Positions 24,041-37,775 of a stretch of 64,000 nucleotides of DNA are shown here, piece by piece. Positions within the stretch are counted from its first letter, which is position 1, and every line of letters begins with the position of its first letter. The stretch is taken from NCBI GenBank assembly GCA_951406725.2, contig OX597818.1:26350001-26414000 (forward strand), given 5' to 3'. The notes below the pieces were generated by a model that did no database searches, was not told where the DNA came from, and worked only from the letters and a program-made list of their open reading frames with translations. Origin of the DNA: Octopus vulgaris. Lineage: Eukaryota. A program made the translations under genes and the position numbers.

Positions 24041-25421
24041 CTCAGCTCAGCAAATCCAGTGTGTTATGCATCTTTTCCTCTTTATGGCTCTTTTACTTTT
24101 CACTTTTTTGCCCCCATGTGTTTTGTCCTGCACACTATGAATTTTGGCTATCATTGCTGTCTTTTTTTACTTGACTTATTGCTACTTTCTGTTTTCTTTT
24201 TTAACTCTTCTCCAACAAATTGTTGTATGCCTGAGCACTGTATACAATACTTTAATTATTTTTAACTAATAACTGAGAGTATATTATTAAGGATGGATTG
24301 ATGATTTGAAGTGATTTAGATGTAATCTGCAAGAATTAGATAAAAGCAGTCTTGGAAAAACAACACTACAGATCTAACAAACTTTCATCAGTAGGGAAAA
24401 ACAGATGCTGAATCAAGTTTTTGATATGAAGATACATTAGTAGATTAAGTCTTTTCATTACACAGAAATATAATCCAATGCCTTTTATATTCTTTTATCT
24501 TTTATCATGCTGGTATATATTGAGTCGTTCTACAAATATGAAAGTTCATTAAATGAAATATCACCAGGTGAATTTATCATTTAACAAACTTTCGTACTGC
24601 TGTAGAGAGTCAAAGCTGCTGAGTTGTTAGTGGATATAAGCTGGCTGGTGTAAAAGTCTATATCCTCTCACTAGTGCTGCACAACAGCTCCCAGCAAAGG
24701 TACTTAATTTTCAATGTTCAATATACTCAGCAGTCAATAGGTTGTATGATAAAGGCATGTGGCCTAATGGCTTGGGTGTTGTACTCATGATTGTTAGATT
24801 GTGGGTTCAATTTCCATACTGAGTGATACATTGTGTTTTTGAGCAAAACACTTCGTTTCATGTTGTTCCAGTCAACTCAGCTGTAAATGGATAACCCTGC
24901 AATGGAATAACCTTACGATCAAGGAGAATGTTGGCCTGCTCACCTAGCCAACCAGGTGGCATCATTCAAAAGCTAAAATGATGCAAAGCACATTGTAACC
25001 AGTGATGTATAATGGCATCTGATAGTCTGGTCAATCATGAAATAAGTGTTATAAGGAAGTGTAAGTAAATGCTGTTGGTAGTGGAGGACATAGAGTAAAT
25101 AAACAAGTGCTGTATTAATTTTCTGTGATGAGTTCAAAAATTCAGTTATAGACTAATGTTTATATGTAAAGAAAAGATGTCTTTCAGCAATAATTCCATG
25201 AAAGTTGTAGCAAGTCTAAGAAAAGTATCTGCATCACAGGATGTTTCTCACAGAAGTGGATGATCTGCATAAGAATCTCTGGTGGAAGAATCTACTTAAT
25301 GTTCAATATACAAAATCTGCATCTCATCAATACTCTATGTTCCTCACATCAGACATATATTGATGAGAACTAGACAAAAGAAATGCTTACTTTACCTGAT
25401 AATTAAACTTGGATAAATTTC

Positions 25422-27290
25422 TACAGAGAGGGTCATAGCTAAACTAATTAGGAAGAGAGTTAGTCTAGATGGGATGCAGTTTGGTTTTGGGTCAAGGAGA
25501 AGAACCACTGATGCTATATTTCTTGTAAGGCAGCAGCAAGAGAAATACATAACCAAAGATAAACCACTGAACTTGGCTTTCGTTGACATGGAGAAAGTCT
25601 TTGACAAGATTCCCCTATCCCTTATCTGGTGGTCAACGCAGAAACTAGGGATAGACGAGTGGCTAGTGAGAGCTGTACAAGCCATGTACAGGGATGCTGT
25701 CAGTAAGTTGAGGGCTGGCAACAAGTATAGTGCAGAATTCAGGATACAAGTAGGGGTTCACTAAGGATCGGTCCTCAGCCACCTCTTGTTCATCATAGTC
25801 CTCCAGGCAGTAATAGAGGAATTTAAGACGAGCTGTCCCTGGGAGCTTCTCTATGCTGATGATCTTGTTGTAATAGCTGAATCACTACCAGAACTAGAGA
25901 AGAAGTTTCAGGTGTGGAAACAAGGTCTAGAATCGAAGGGCGTTAGAGTTAACCTAGCAAAAATCAAAGTCTTAGTAAGTAGGAAAGCAGACAAATCACA
26001 AATTCCCTCAGGTAGATGGCCCTGCTCAATCTGTAGGAAAGGCATAAGTAGAAATTCCATAAGATGTACCTGGTGTAAGCTATGGACACATATGAGATGC
26101 AACAATATCAGAGGAAGGTTAACAGGGAAATTAGTTTTTGTGTGTGGGAGGTGCACAGGTATAATTAAAACAAAATTGTACAGAAAATAGATTCCATCGA
26201 ATGCCAGGAGGAAAACTATAAGTAGTTGATAGCTTCTATTACTTAGGTGAATAAGTTAGTAGTGGGGGTAGATGCTCAGAGAGCATAGCTGCTAGAATAA
26301 GAATAGGTTGGCCAAAGTTCAAAGAGCTCCCACATCTGTTGGTAACAAAGAGCCTCTCCCTCAGAGTGAAAAGCAGATTGTATGATGCCTGTATGTAAAC
26401 AGCCATGCTACATGGTAGTGAAACATGGGCTGTGACTGCCAAGGACATGCATAGGCTTGAAAGAAAAGAAGCTAGTATGCTCCACTGGATGTGTAATGTC
26501 AGTGTGCATATTCAACAGAGTGTAAGCATCTTGAGAGAAAAGTTAGGCATAAGAGGCATCAGATGTGGTATGCATGAAAGACAACTGTATTGGCAGGATC
26601 ATTTGATGTATATGGATGTGGACAGCTGTATGAAAAAGTGCCAATCACTACCAGCAGAAGGAAGCTGTGGAAGAGGGAGACCTAGGAAGACATGGGATGA
26701 GTTGGTGAAGCATGATCTTCGAACCTTGGGCCTCACAGAGGCAATGATTAGTGACCGAGACCTTTAGTAATATGGTGTCCTTGAGTAAACTCTTCAAGCC
26801 AAGCGAAATCATAGTTGTGGCCATTGTCAGTGTCATGCAACTAGCACCCTTGACAGTGGCACATAAAATGCACCTTTCAAGTGTTAGGCCTCATGGAGGC
26901 AATGTGGCTAATGCCAGTGTTGTAGAACTAGCACCTGTGCTGGTGGCAAGTAAAAAGCATCTTTTGAGTGCTGGGCCTCATGGAGGCAATGACAAATGAC
27001 TGAGACCTTCGGCAATATGCTGTGCTTGAGAAGGAAAATCCATCAAGCCAAGTGAAATCAGAGTTGTGGCAGATACTGGTGTCATGCAACTTGCACCCAT
27101 GCTGGTGGCACATAAAAGCACCCATTATACTCTCAGAGTGATTGGTGTTGGAAAGGGCATCCAACTGTTGAAACTGTGCCAAATCAGACTGGAGCCTGGT
27201 GCAGTCCCTCAGCTTACCAACCCTTTGTCAAACCATCCAACCCATGCCAGCATAGACAACAGACGTTAAATGTTGATGAAGATGATGAAG
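25422..27290 (+). mobile_element. RTE-clade LINE, 5'-truncated
   Basis: QFGF..TTDAIF, AFVDMEKVFD, LLYADDLV, PHD-like insert, LHGSETW, GRGRPRKTW; 3' gatgaagatgatg tail. Confidence 0.9.
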
Positions 27291-28904
27291 TTAATGTTAA
27301 ATATTTTTCTCATACAAACTGATCAACAATGAAGTAGATAAAAACAACTATTTTGCTCACAATATAAAATACCCAGTAGAATAGTGTATTTTGCTATGGG
27401 ACACAAAGACAAACACTGTAACACTTGTTTCTTTGCAGTCAGTGAATAAATTCATTCCCAATGTTACATTCATTGTGGCTAAGAGATACATGTTGACCAA
27501 TCAGAGTAATATGTTCAGGGTATGGTACATATACAAATCAATGTAATTTCCATGTGTTTCACATTTTCTATTCAATTTATAAAACATTAAATAGAACACT
27601 CTAAAAGTATGAAATGATGACACAAAAAAAAAAATGTGCATGCAATTGAAGTTTTACTCTCTTAAATTTGTGCTTATAAAGTGATCAATTTAATGTGTAT
27701 ACATGCACAAGTATGGCTGGGTGATTAAGAAGTTTGTATTGGAACTATGTGGTTAAAGGTTCAGCCCTACTGTATGAACATTAACATTGTCAGCTATTGT
27801 TCTATTCTATAACCATGAGTCAACCAGTACCTTGCGAGTGAAATTAGTTGATAGAAACCTGTTGCACATGTGTGTGTGTGCACGTGCATGTATGTGTTTG
27901 TGTGATTGATTATTAAGTATATAAAATTAGATATGAATTGTAAAGAAAAAGTAGGTCTTAATTGTTGTCTATAATTACATTTATTTTGAGTGTAGACATA
28001 TATATTAAATACATTCCCTTAATTTTTATGTGTGTTTTGCTGACTGTAAACAAGTAACAGCTTTGCTATCAATAAAACAGCTTTGCTATCAATAAAACAG
28101 CTTTGCTATCATTTGCTTGCAGTCAACTGTGAAAGCATATTCAGTGTTATTGACGTGCTTTGACATATTGCACGATCTATGCAAACTAAAAGGCTCATTC
28201 AAAAGATATTGCTTATTTCCAGTTCACCACATAACTATGTCTGGGCTGTTTGTTGTTTGATAAAATAGGGGATCATTACTTTGCTTGGAAACTAGTGAGA
28301 GCTGGTAACAGGAAGGGCATCTTGTTGTAAAATATCTGCCTCAACAAATTCTGTCCGACCCATGCAGGGATGGAAAAGTAGGTATTAAGACAATAATGAT
28401 GATGATAATGATGACAATGACAACGGTGATGGTGATGATGATGATGGTGGTGATGATGATGACAGTGACAGTGATTGCAAGGCTGATGAATCAAAAATCT
28501 TTACCAGGTTGTCACAGGTAGCCTTTTGTATAAGCAGAACTGAATTCAGTACATTTTAAAGTATTATTGCAGCCTAAATAAAAGTCACAGACCATGATGT
28601 GATATGTAGTGAACTGGGCCATTGGGAGCTAAATGTCTTTTTTAGTTACGAAGACACTGCAGCAATAATGCTAGGATATGACCTGCTTACCATTCAGCTG
28701 CTTGTCTGGTACCATATCAATTTAGCTAAGGAAGATAAAAGTGCCAGTCAGTCAAATACTGGGATAGAGGAAACTGATTAACCCCTCTATCCCTCAAAAC
28801 TACTGGCTTCATGCCTAAATCAGAAACCATATCAATTTAGCTAAATTAGTGATCCAAGCTTTTATATAAATATAATTTAATGTCATTCTAACCTTCTTTC
28901 TTTC

Positions 28905-29133
28905 TTTTATTCTTTTATTTGTTTCAGTCATTTGACTGCAGCCATGCTGGAGCACCGCCTTTAGTTGAGCAAATCGACCCCAAGACTTATTCTTTGTAAG
29001 CCTAGTACTTATTCTATCGGTCTCTCTTGCCGAACTGCTAAGTGACGGGGACATAAACACACTAGCATAGGTTGTCAAGCAATGTTGGGGGGGGGGGGGA
29101 CAAACACAGACACACAAACATATACATACACAG

Positions 29134-29168
<35 letters not shown>

Positions 29169-29332
29169 CGACGGGTTTCTTTCAGTTTCCGTCTACCAAA
29201 TCCACTCACAAGGCTTTGGTTGACCCGAGGCTATAGTAGAAGACACTTGCCCAAGGTGCCACACAGTGGGACTGAACCAGGAACCATGTGGTTGGTAAGT
29301 AAGCTACTTACCACACAGCCACTCCTGCGCTT
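28905..29332 (-). mobile_element. tRNA-derived CORE-like SINE, full length
   Basis: Same family as 16905. Confidence 0.85.
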
Positions 29333-29919
29333 ATAGTATTTATCTAAGAAAATGATGTTTCTCACAGTTGTGTGTATTTGTCTGGCAAGTGACTTGATTT
29401 GAGACTGTTGAAAGTGAAGAATTTTATATTACTCGAAGAATCATTGTAGCCATCTTAAAATGCACAAAATCTGTAAAAACACATTTTATATATTTCATGT
29501 GGCATTGAAATTTTTATCAAGCTGTAACTGAGTCACTGGCACAGAGGAGCTGTGACCAGCGGAACTATGACTAGAGGAGCTATGAACAGAGGAGCTGTGA
29601 CCAGAGGAGTTGTGAGTAGCTTGCACGGGTGCAACAAAAATGTTGACACTTCAAAAAAATAAATATAAAGTGAATTTGATAATATAATGGTTTCAGTTTT
29701 TGGCACAAGGCCATCAATTTTGGGGAAGGGGATAAGTTGATGACATAAATCCCAGTGTTCAACTGGTAGCTATTTTATCAAGATGATAGAATTTAAACTC
29801 AGAATGTAAAAGCAGATGAAATGCTGCTAAGAATTTTGCCTGCTATGCTAATGATTCTGCCAGCTCACCATTTAGAAAAAGGTGAATTTAATAATGAATT
29901 CAATTCACTTTGTTTTTCA

Positions 29920-30185
29920 AGCATTGGTGTGGGTGCTGGTGCCACATAAAAAGAAGCACTGGTGATAGAGCCTTGTAAAAAGCATTTGTGATGATGCCAT
30001 GTAAAAAACATCCAATATACTCTTTAAAGTGGTTGGCATTAGGAAGGGCATCCAGCTGTAGACACCAAGCCAAATCAGATTATGGAACTTGGTGTGGCCA
30101 TTGGCCTTACTAGTTTCTGTCAAGCCATCCAATCCATGCCAGCATGGAAAACAGATATTAAATGTTGGTGACAATGATGATGATT
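29920..30185 (+). mobile_element. RTE 3'-UTR fragment
   Basis: ggcattaggaagggcatccagctgtag..ccatgccagcatgga..gatgatga, matching the RTE tails. Confidence 0.65.
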
Positions 30186-31542
30186 CTGTTTTTGTATCCA
30201 TAAATCTTCTCATATCCATCAAATAGTATAATTTAAGGCAGATATTGTAAAATGGTAAATTTATATGATCTACCTGACTCATGAATAGCAAGAAGAGATT
30301 ATACTCTTAAAAAAATAAACATTAGACAATCAATTAGAGTAAACTATTCAGTAAATACAAATTAAATATTGAATTGCAGAACACTCCATATTTGTGAGAC
30401 ATATTATAACCACTGTGACAATTACTGTTGGCACCACCATCACCACCACCATCACCACCACCACCACCACCACCACCACCACCACCACCACCACTACCCA
30501 ACAACAACAACAACAATATCGTCACCATCATCATTGCCATCATCATTGTTGCAATCTTTATTATGTATCAAACCTTCCCCTCCTCTCTATTATGATTTGC
30601 ATGTACATCTGTGTGCATAAAATTACAGTAGATTGAGTCACAGAAAGAAAAAGTAAAAAAAAAAAAGGAGTTGAAAGAACAAGTATGAAAAATTAAAAAT
30701 GAAAGTGGGGAAGTAGAATAGAATAATGTTGAAGAGAAAAATTGTTGTCAGCAATATTAAAAAGATATAAAACAAAAGTGGGAAAGAGAGAAAAGATATT
30801 TTGATAAGGAAAATATGAGAAAAAGGAAGAGCATACAAAGTTATTACTCTGAACATAAGTGAGCAAGAGACAACATCATATTTATATTCTTTGTAGGAGA
30901 AAAACAAGAAGAAAGTAAGAAATAAAATATATTTTAGAACAAAGAAAATGAAGAAATGAATAGTTTGAAATTAGATGCACAAGTAACTGAAGTTAATGGC
31001 AAATAATTTTCTTTTAAATAAACAACAATTCTATCTATCTATTTGATATATACTATTATTCAAGCATTAATTGGAATGCGCAAAGTTGTTTTGCAATATT
31101 GTGTCTAATCAATAACCATTATATTCGATTCTCATACTCATAAAAAACAAATTTATTAATATAATTGTTAGTTTTGACACCATGAAATCGTTTTGTTTAT
31201 TGAGTACGTGATCTGCAAACAATGCAATCTCTTTGAATCTTGTAGTTGGCCATTTTAACTTTACCAGCTACAGAAAGTAAGGTTTAAATAAAGCAAAGAT
31301 TGATATTGACTCACTGACAAACTATTTGATTAATAAAATACAGTTGAAAAATGGCACTTCAACTGAATGTGTAAGGTATTAGATTTTTCATTCATAGCTA
31401 GAATTTTGCTAAAGTTGTGTGTCAGTATCCATAGAAATAAGCCCTCTGTGTTTAATTATTCCTTGTTTAATTCTTCATTTTCAAAAATGACTAAGACCTG
31501 ATAGCACTTCTTAAAGAGAATGCAGCTATATAAGCAACCGGA

Positions 31543-31811
31543 GAATCTTGAATGTTCTCACCTAAGCTACACCTATGTGTCTTTAGGCGGAAAAAAAAAA
31601 AGCTATAGAAGCAGTGATATTTCGTTGTTGCTACCATGTGATACTTGTCTTTCACAATAAAAGATCCATTGTTTCTTGAATCTTGAATGTTCTCACCTAA
31701 GCTACACCTATGTGTCTTTAGGCGGAAAAAAAAAAAGCTATAGAAGCAGTGATATTTCGTTGTTGCTACCATGTGATACTTGTCTTTCACAATAAAAGAT
31801 CCATTGTTTCT
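31543..31811. repeat. Perfect 135-bp tandem duplication
   Basis: Units start at 31543 and 31678. Confidence 0.9.
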
Positions 31812-33419
31812 AACAGCAACATTGCTGGATATTGTTTTTCTGCCTTTTGAAACAACCACTGATGGCTGGGTTAACCTCCTCACTGTCTACCAGAAATCCA
31901 GTTGTCACATATGTTGGGTGATAAGCTGTTAAAAGAATTTACTGTAGATTTAAGACTCATTGCTTAGTCTTTACCTGATTTAGCTAGTCTGCCAATGCTG
32001 TTGCCATAAAACTGGTGCAGACAGTTTTGGGTTCCACTTGTGAGAGCTAGTGGGGAGCCAGTGACAGAGGAATTGTTCTGGAAAGGAATTAGCAGCACCC
32101 CATTCAACAATACTGTCCCTCCTTGACACTCCATACCTTATGTTAAGAATGAAATACTAAAGTGCTTGGAAACTTGTATAATATACTGAACAGTGGTATA
32201 TCAAAGGTACTGAAACATAATGATAATGTAAACTTGAATATTGCTTTATGAAAATGTACCATGCTGTCTGTGTAATGAGGGATAGCATTTCAAATCTGTC
32301 TCTATTCAATACTCCTTACCACCACCTATCTATACTGCTAAACATCACTCCTTCACTCTACAGGTTACTCATTAATAACAAGGATCTCTCTCTCCCCCTC
32401 TCATTCTCTCCCCCTCTCTCATTCTCTCTCTCTCTCATTCTCTCCCTCTCTCTAGAGCAATTCATTACTTGCTCTCTTTTCTTACCATCACTACCTTTAT
32501 GCTGTCTATCACTCTATGCTTTACATTACTTTTCCCCTTTTATTCAGTATTAATTTATAGTAGTCTCACTCCCATCAATCCTTCTTTCACTTTTATTATT
32601 CCTTCTTCCATCATCTTGTCTCCTCCCTCCATTTTTCTTCCCTCATCATGCTGCTTATGCTATGTTTCTAATCAATCCTCTTACTGACAAATGTGTAGCT
32701 GTGATCATTGTCTCCCTTCCATTACTCCCTCCTTTACCACTCTCTTCAGCTCATTCATTTCTTTTCTCACAATATACTCTATTCTTTCACTCATTTGCTT
32801 TGGTTCCAATTTTGTAATCATTCTCTTCTATTTCACATTCTCAATCATGTCTTGAACAAACAGGGACAGTGTACAGTAGAACAGATTCTTCAGTTTTCTA
32901 AGTGACAAGAGCAAGTGCCATGATAAAATGCACTCACTACATTCTTAGAGTCATGAGGATTCTTTGGTCTTAGTGAGGACATGACAACCTCTCTAGCACT
33001 GATGTCACAGTAAGATATACCCAGTACACTCTGTAAAACATTTGCATTAGGAAGGAGCATTCAATCAAAGAAATTATGTCAAAATGGAATGTATGAATAA
33101 TATGTGACCTCTGACCAATCTAGTGGGGCAGTAACTCCAAATAAGAATTGGCTTGGACCTTGATGACCCATCCAACTCATCCAGTAGAGAAAGTGGATAT
33201 AAAATATAGATGAGGGTGATGATGAAATAATCTGAATTTATATAATAATATACAATTTTTATGAAAGTGTAGATAGCTAAGTTAATTTGGTACCAGACAG
33301 TCAACTGAAAAAGTTAGTTGTTGATGCCCTGTTATTGGCATTGCACTAAATCTGTGATTAAGTCACTTAACTCAGAAATGATTCAGTTCATCAAGGTGTA
33401 AATTATTTTTATTCATTTA

Positions 33420-33820
33420 TTATTTTACTTGTTTCAGTTATTTAACTATGGCCATGCTGGAGCACCGCCTTTAGTCAAGCAAATCGACCCCAGGACTTAT
33501 TCGTTGTAAGCCTAGTACTTATTCTATCGGTCTCTTTAGCCAAACTGCTAAGATATGGGGATGTAAACACACCAGCATCGGTTGTCAAGCGATGTTGGGG
33601 GGACAAACACAGACACACAAACATATACACACACATACATATATATAAACATATATACAACGGGCTTTTTTTAGTTCTCATCTACCAAATCCACTCTCAA
33701 GGCTTTGGTCAGCCTGAGGCTATAGTAGAAGACACCTGCCCAAGGTACCATGCAGTGGGACTGAACCCAGAACCATGTGGTTGGTAAGCAAGCTACTCTA
33801 TCACACAGCCACTCCTACAC
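33420..33820 (-). mobile_element. tRNA-derived CORE-like SINE
   Basis: Same family as 16905. Confidence 0.85.
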
Positions 33821-34721
33821 CTGAGTACAAAGAAGGAATATCTCACCATTGTAAACTGCAGTTGAACTGTACAGATGATGTGTTTTATTAGTTTCCCTTA
33901 CTTCACTGTTGTTGATTGAAACTTGTGATATACACAGCTAAGCCAAGAAGTTCTCTTGTTTTTAATCGCTTCAGTCATTCATTCATTCATCTAACCTGTA
34001 TTACTAACATGTACTTTCATAATGTGTAATTATTTAAATTAATTTTCAAATAACCTTCAAATTGTAATTCCCTAAAACCTTAGTTTTTTTCTCCCCATTT
34101 CATAATGTTTTTGCCATTGTTCTCTAAAATTCGTAAGCACTCTTGTTTTATTTATGTCTCTCACTGTTATCCTGTTTCTCTCATTTGTAGGCACTTTTGT
34201 TTTAAATTTGCCATTGCTTGTCTGTGATGTGCCCCCCCCCAATCCCTGCCCCCACCAGAAATCTATTCTCAATACTGGAAACCCCTACAGAGCTCTGCCT
34301 TGCTTCTCTACTAGAAGACTTTCACACCTCCATCCCTCCCTCCTCTCTCCTTCCCTGCCACTAACAATTGCCCACACTACTACTGCATGCACCAAAAGGT
34401 GATATGTTACTTAGTAAATTATTAGCAAATTAACAAACCACACACCTCTTTCTCTCTATATATAACGGACTAATCAATAGCAGATCATTTATATAATTAA
34501 TTTATACATTGACCTATTTATATTTGCAACAGCAATGCTTATATTTACAACACTTTTCACCAATAATAGGGACAACAATTTTAACATGTTTGACTGATGG
34601 TTGATTAAAGCGAGACCAAATGATGTGACATGTCTGTTATGAAATGATCATGGAAATCTTCTTTTTAAGTGCCCAATACCATCTCTCTTGCCCATGTTCC
34701 CACCGCAGCTCTTTCTCAGTT

Positions 34722-37700
34722 CTCAGGGTTGGTACTATTAATGTAGGCACATTGAAAGGTAGGTCTAGTGAGATTGTTGAGATGCTTTAATTAGGACATG
34801 TTAATGTATGCTGTATCCAAGAGGTAAGGTGAAGAGGAGCTTCAGTCCACAGGCAAGACACATAGGTGTAAAGTCTGGGAAGGTAAAAGTGATGGAGTAG
34901 ATGGTGTGGGCATATTTCTTGCAGAGAAATGGGTGGATAAGGCCATAGAGGTAGTCAAAGTGAGTGATAGAGTGCTTAAGCTCAGGTTAGTCTTGTAGAG
35001 TAGCATAGCATTAATTATCTCTGCTTGTGCCCCACAAGCGGTCCTACCAAATGAACAGAAGGACCATTTTTATGATATTCTTCCGCAAGTTACTGCTAAG
35101 ATGAATGACAATGATCTCATCTTCATGGCTTGTGATTTCAATGGGCATGTTGGACAGCGGCCTGGTATTTTCCATGGTGTTCATGGGGCCATGGGACTAG
35201 TTCCCAAAACAAAGAGGGAACAGGCTACTGGAGTTCTGTGATGCAAATAATCTATTGATCTGCGACAGATGATAACCTACCAACCAAGTGGCTATGCTAG
35301 CCAGATCAATTATGTTCTCACCAGGCAGCAAGATGCAGGGTTGCTCTTTAACACAAAGACCATTCCTGTTGAAGAATGTATCCCCCAGCATAGACTAGTC
35401 ATTAGTGACTTTAGACTCCAGGTCAGAAGGATGCCAAGAAGCAGACCAATCTGGAAAAGAAGAATTTAGAAGCTTAAAGACTCTTCATGTGGCCAGAGAT
35501 TTAGGGACATCCTAATTGAGAAATTTGATGAGAGGGAGGAGGAGCTACAAACTTGTGATGTAGAGGGCAACAGACCAAATCTGTAGGTGGTGCAAAGTCC
35601 CAACAAGACCTAGGGTAATGTGTGGAACATTGCTGTAGACAGGGCCATTAGAGCAAAGAAACAGGCCTGGATGATCTGGAAGAGTGGGGGTAGTAGGGGA
35701 GCTGTATCATATAGCCAAAAGGGAAGCTAGGAGACAGGTATATCTAGCCAAGGGAGAAGCAGAAAAGAAGAAGTTTGCTTATATTCAGTGACGTGAAGAC
35801 CAAAGAATTGAAGTGTTCTGGATTGCAAGACAGTGTGTGAGAGAAAATTGTGATGTCATAGGAGAGAAAGGAATCCACATTGATGATGGTACACTTGCAT
35901 TTAGGGATTCTGTAAAGAAAGGGGCTTGGAAATGCCGTTATGAAATACTGCTGAATGTAGAAAATGACTGAGAGGAGGAGAGTCTGCCAAATGTAGACCC
36001 AATTGAAGGACCAGCTACCCAAATGGACAGTAACTTGGTAGATATAAGCAATTAAGGATATAAAGACATGGAAAGCCCCCGGCCCTTCAAGAATCACTGC
36101 TGATATGCTTAAAATATCTGGCAGTTTAGGTTATAGTTCAGTCAACTATTTGTAAATCAGGTGATTCATGAAGGAGCCATACCCAATGACCTTGTTCTAA
36201 TAGCTGAATCACTACCATAACTAGAGAAGAAGTTCCAGGTATGGAAGCAAGGTCTAGAATTGGAGGGCCTTAGAGTTAACCTAACAAAAATCAAAGTCTT
36301 AATAAGTAGGAAGGCAGACAAATCACAAATCCCTTCAGGTAGATGGCCCTTCTTGATCTGTAGAAAAGATCTAGGTAGTAACTCTGTAAGATGCACCTGG
36401 TGTAAGCTTTGGACATATAAAAGGTGTAACAATATCAAAGGAAGGTTAACAAGGAAACCTTTGTGTGTGGTAGATGCACAAGTACAATAAACACTGAAAA
36501 TGTGCAGAAAATAGATTCCATCAACTGCCATGGGGGTAAGCTAGTGGTAGTATATAGCTTCTGTTACCTAGGTGATTAAGTCAGTAGTTGAGGTGGATGC
36601 TCTGAGAGCATAGCTGTCAGAATAAGATTAGGCTGGGCAAAGTTTAGAGAGCCCCTGCCTCTGCTGGCAACAAAGGGCCTATCTCTCTGAGTGAAAGGCA
36701 GATTGTATGATGCCTGTCTGTGAACAGCTATGCTACATGGTAGTGAAGAATGGGCTGTGATAGCCAAGGATATGTATAGGCTTGAAAGAAATGAAGCCAG
36801 TATGCTTCGCTGGATGTGCAATGTCAGTGTGCATGTTTGAAAGAGTGTAAGCATCTTGAGAAAAAAGTTAGGCACAAGAGGCATCAGATGTGGTGTGCAT
36901 GAGACAAATGCACTAGCATGGTCATTTGATGCATATGGATGAGGACAGCTGTGAAAAGAAGTGCCGATCCCTAACTGTGGAGGGAATCTGTAGTAGGGGT
37001 AGACCCAGGAAGACATGGGATGAGGTGGTGATGCATGATCTCAAACTTTGGGCCTCACAGAGGCAATGACTAGTGACCAAGACCTTTGGCAATATGCTGA
37101 TCTATAGAAGACCTGTCAAGCCAAGTGAAATCACACTTTTGGCTGATGCTTGTGTCATGTAACTAGCACCCATGCAGGTGGCACGTAAAAAGCACCTTTC
37201 AAGCATTGAGCCTCACGGATGCAAAGTGGTTGAGCTCCTTTCGAATATTGGGATTCACAGAGGCAATAACTGAAACCTTTTGCATTGCGTTGTGCTTGAG
37301 AAGAAGACTCATCAAGCCAAGTAAAATTGCAGTCATGGCAGATACTGGTATCATACAAATTATACTCATGCCAGTGTCATGTAAAAGCACCTTTCAAGTG
37401 TTGGGCCTCACAGAGGCAAGGACTGAGACCATTTGGCATTATGCTGGGCTTCGAGCATTGGGCCTCATGGAGGCAATGATCAAGTCCATTTGGCATTATG
37501 CCATGCTTGAGAAGAAGACCTATCAAGCCAAGTAAAACAGCAGTTGTGACAGATACTGGTGTCACACAAATGGCACCCATGCCGGTGGCACATAAAAGCA
37601 CCCATTACACTTTCGAAATGGTTGACTTTAAGAAGGGCATCCAGCAGTAGAAACCGTGCCAAAACAGACTGGAGCCTGGTGCAGCCTTCCAGTTTGCCAG

Positions 37701-37775
37701 CCGTGGTCAAACTGTCCAACTCATGCCAGTATAGACAATAGATGTTAAATGACGATGATGATGATGATGACAATG
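34722..37775 (+). mobile_element. RTE-clade LINE with APE endonuclease; RT core deleted
   Basis: LRVGTINVGTLKG, CIQE, DFNGHVG, QHRLV, KAPGPS; PHD insert; 3' repeats and (gat)n tail. Confidence 0.9.
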
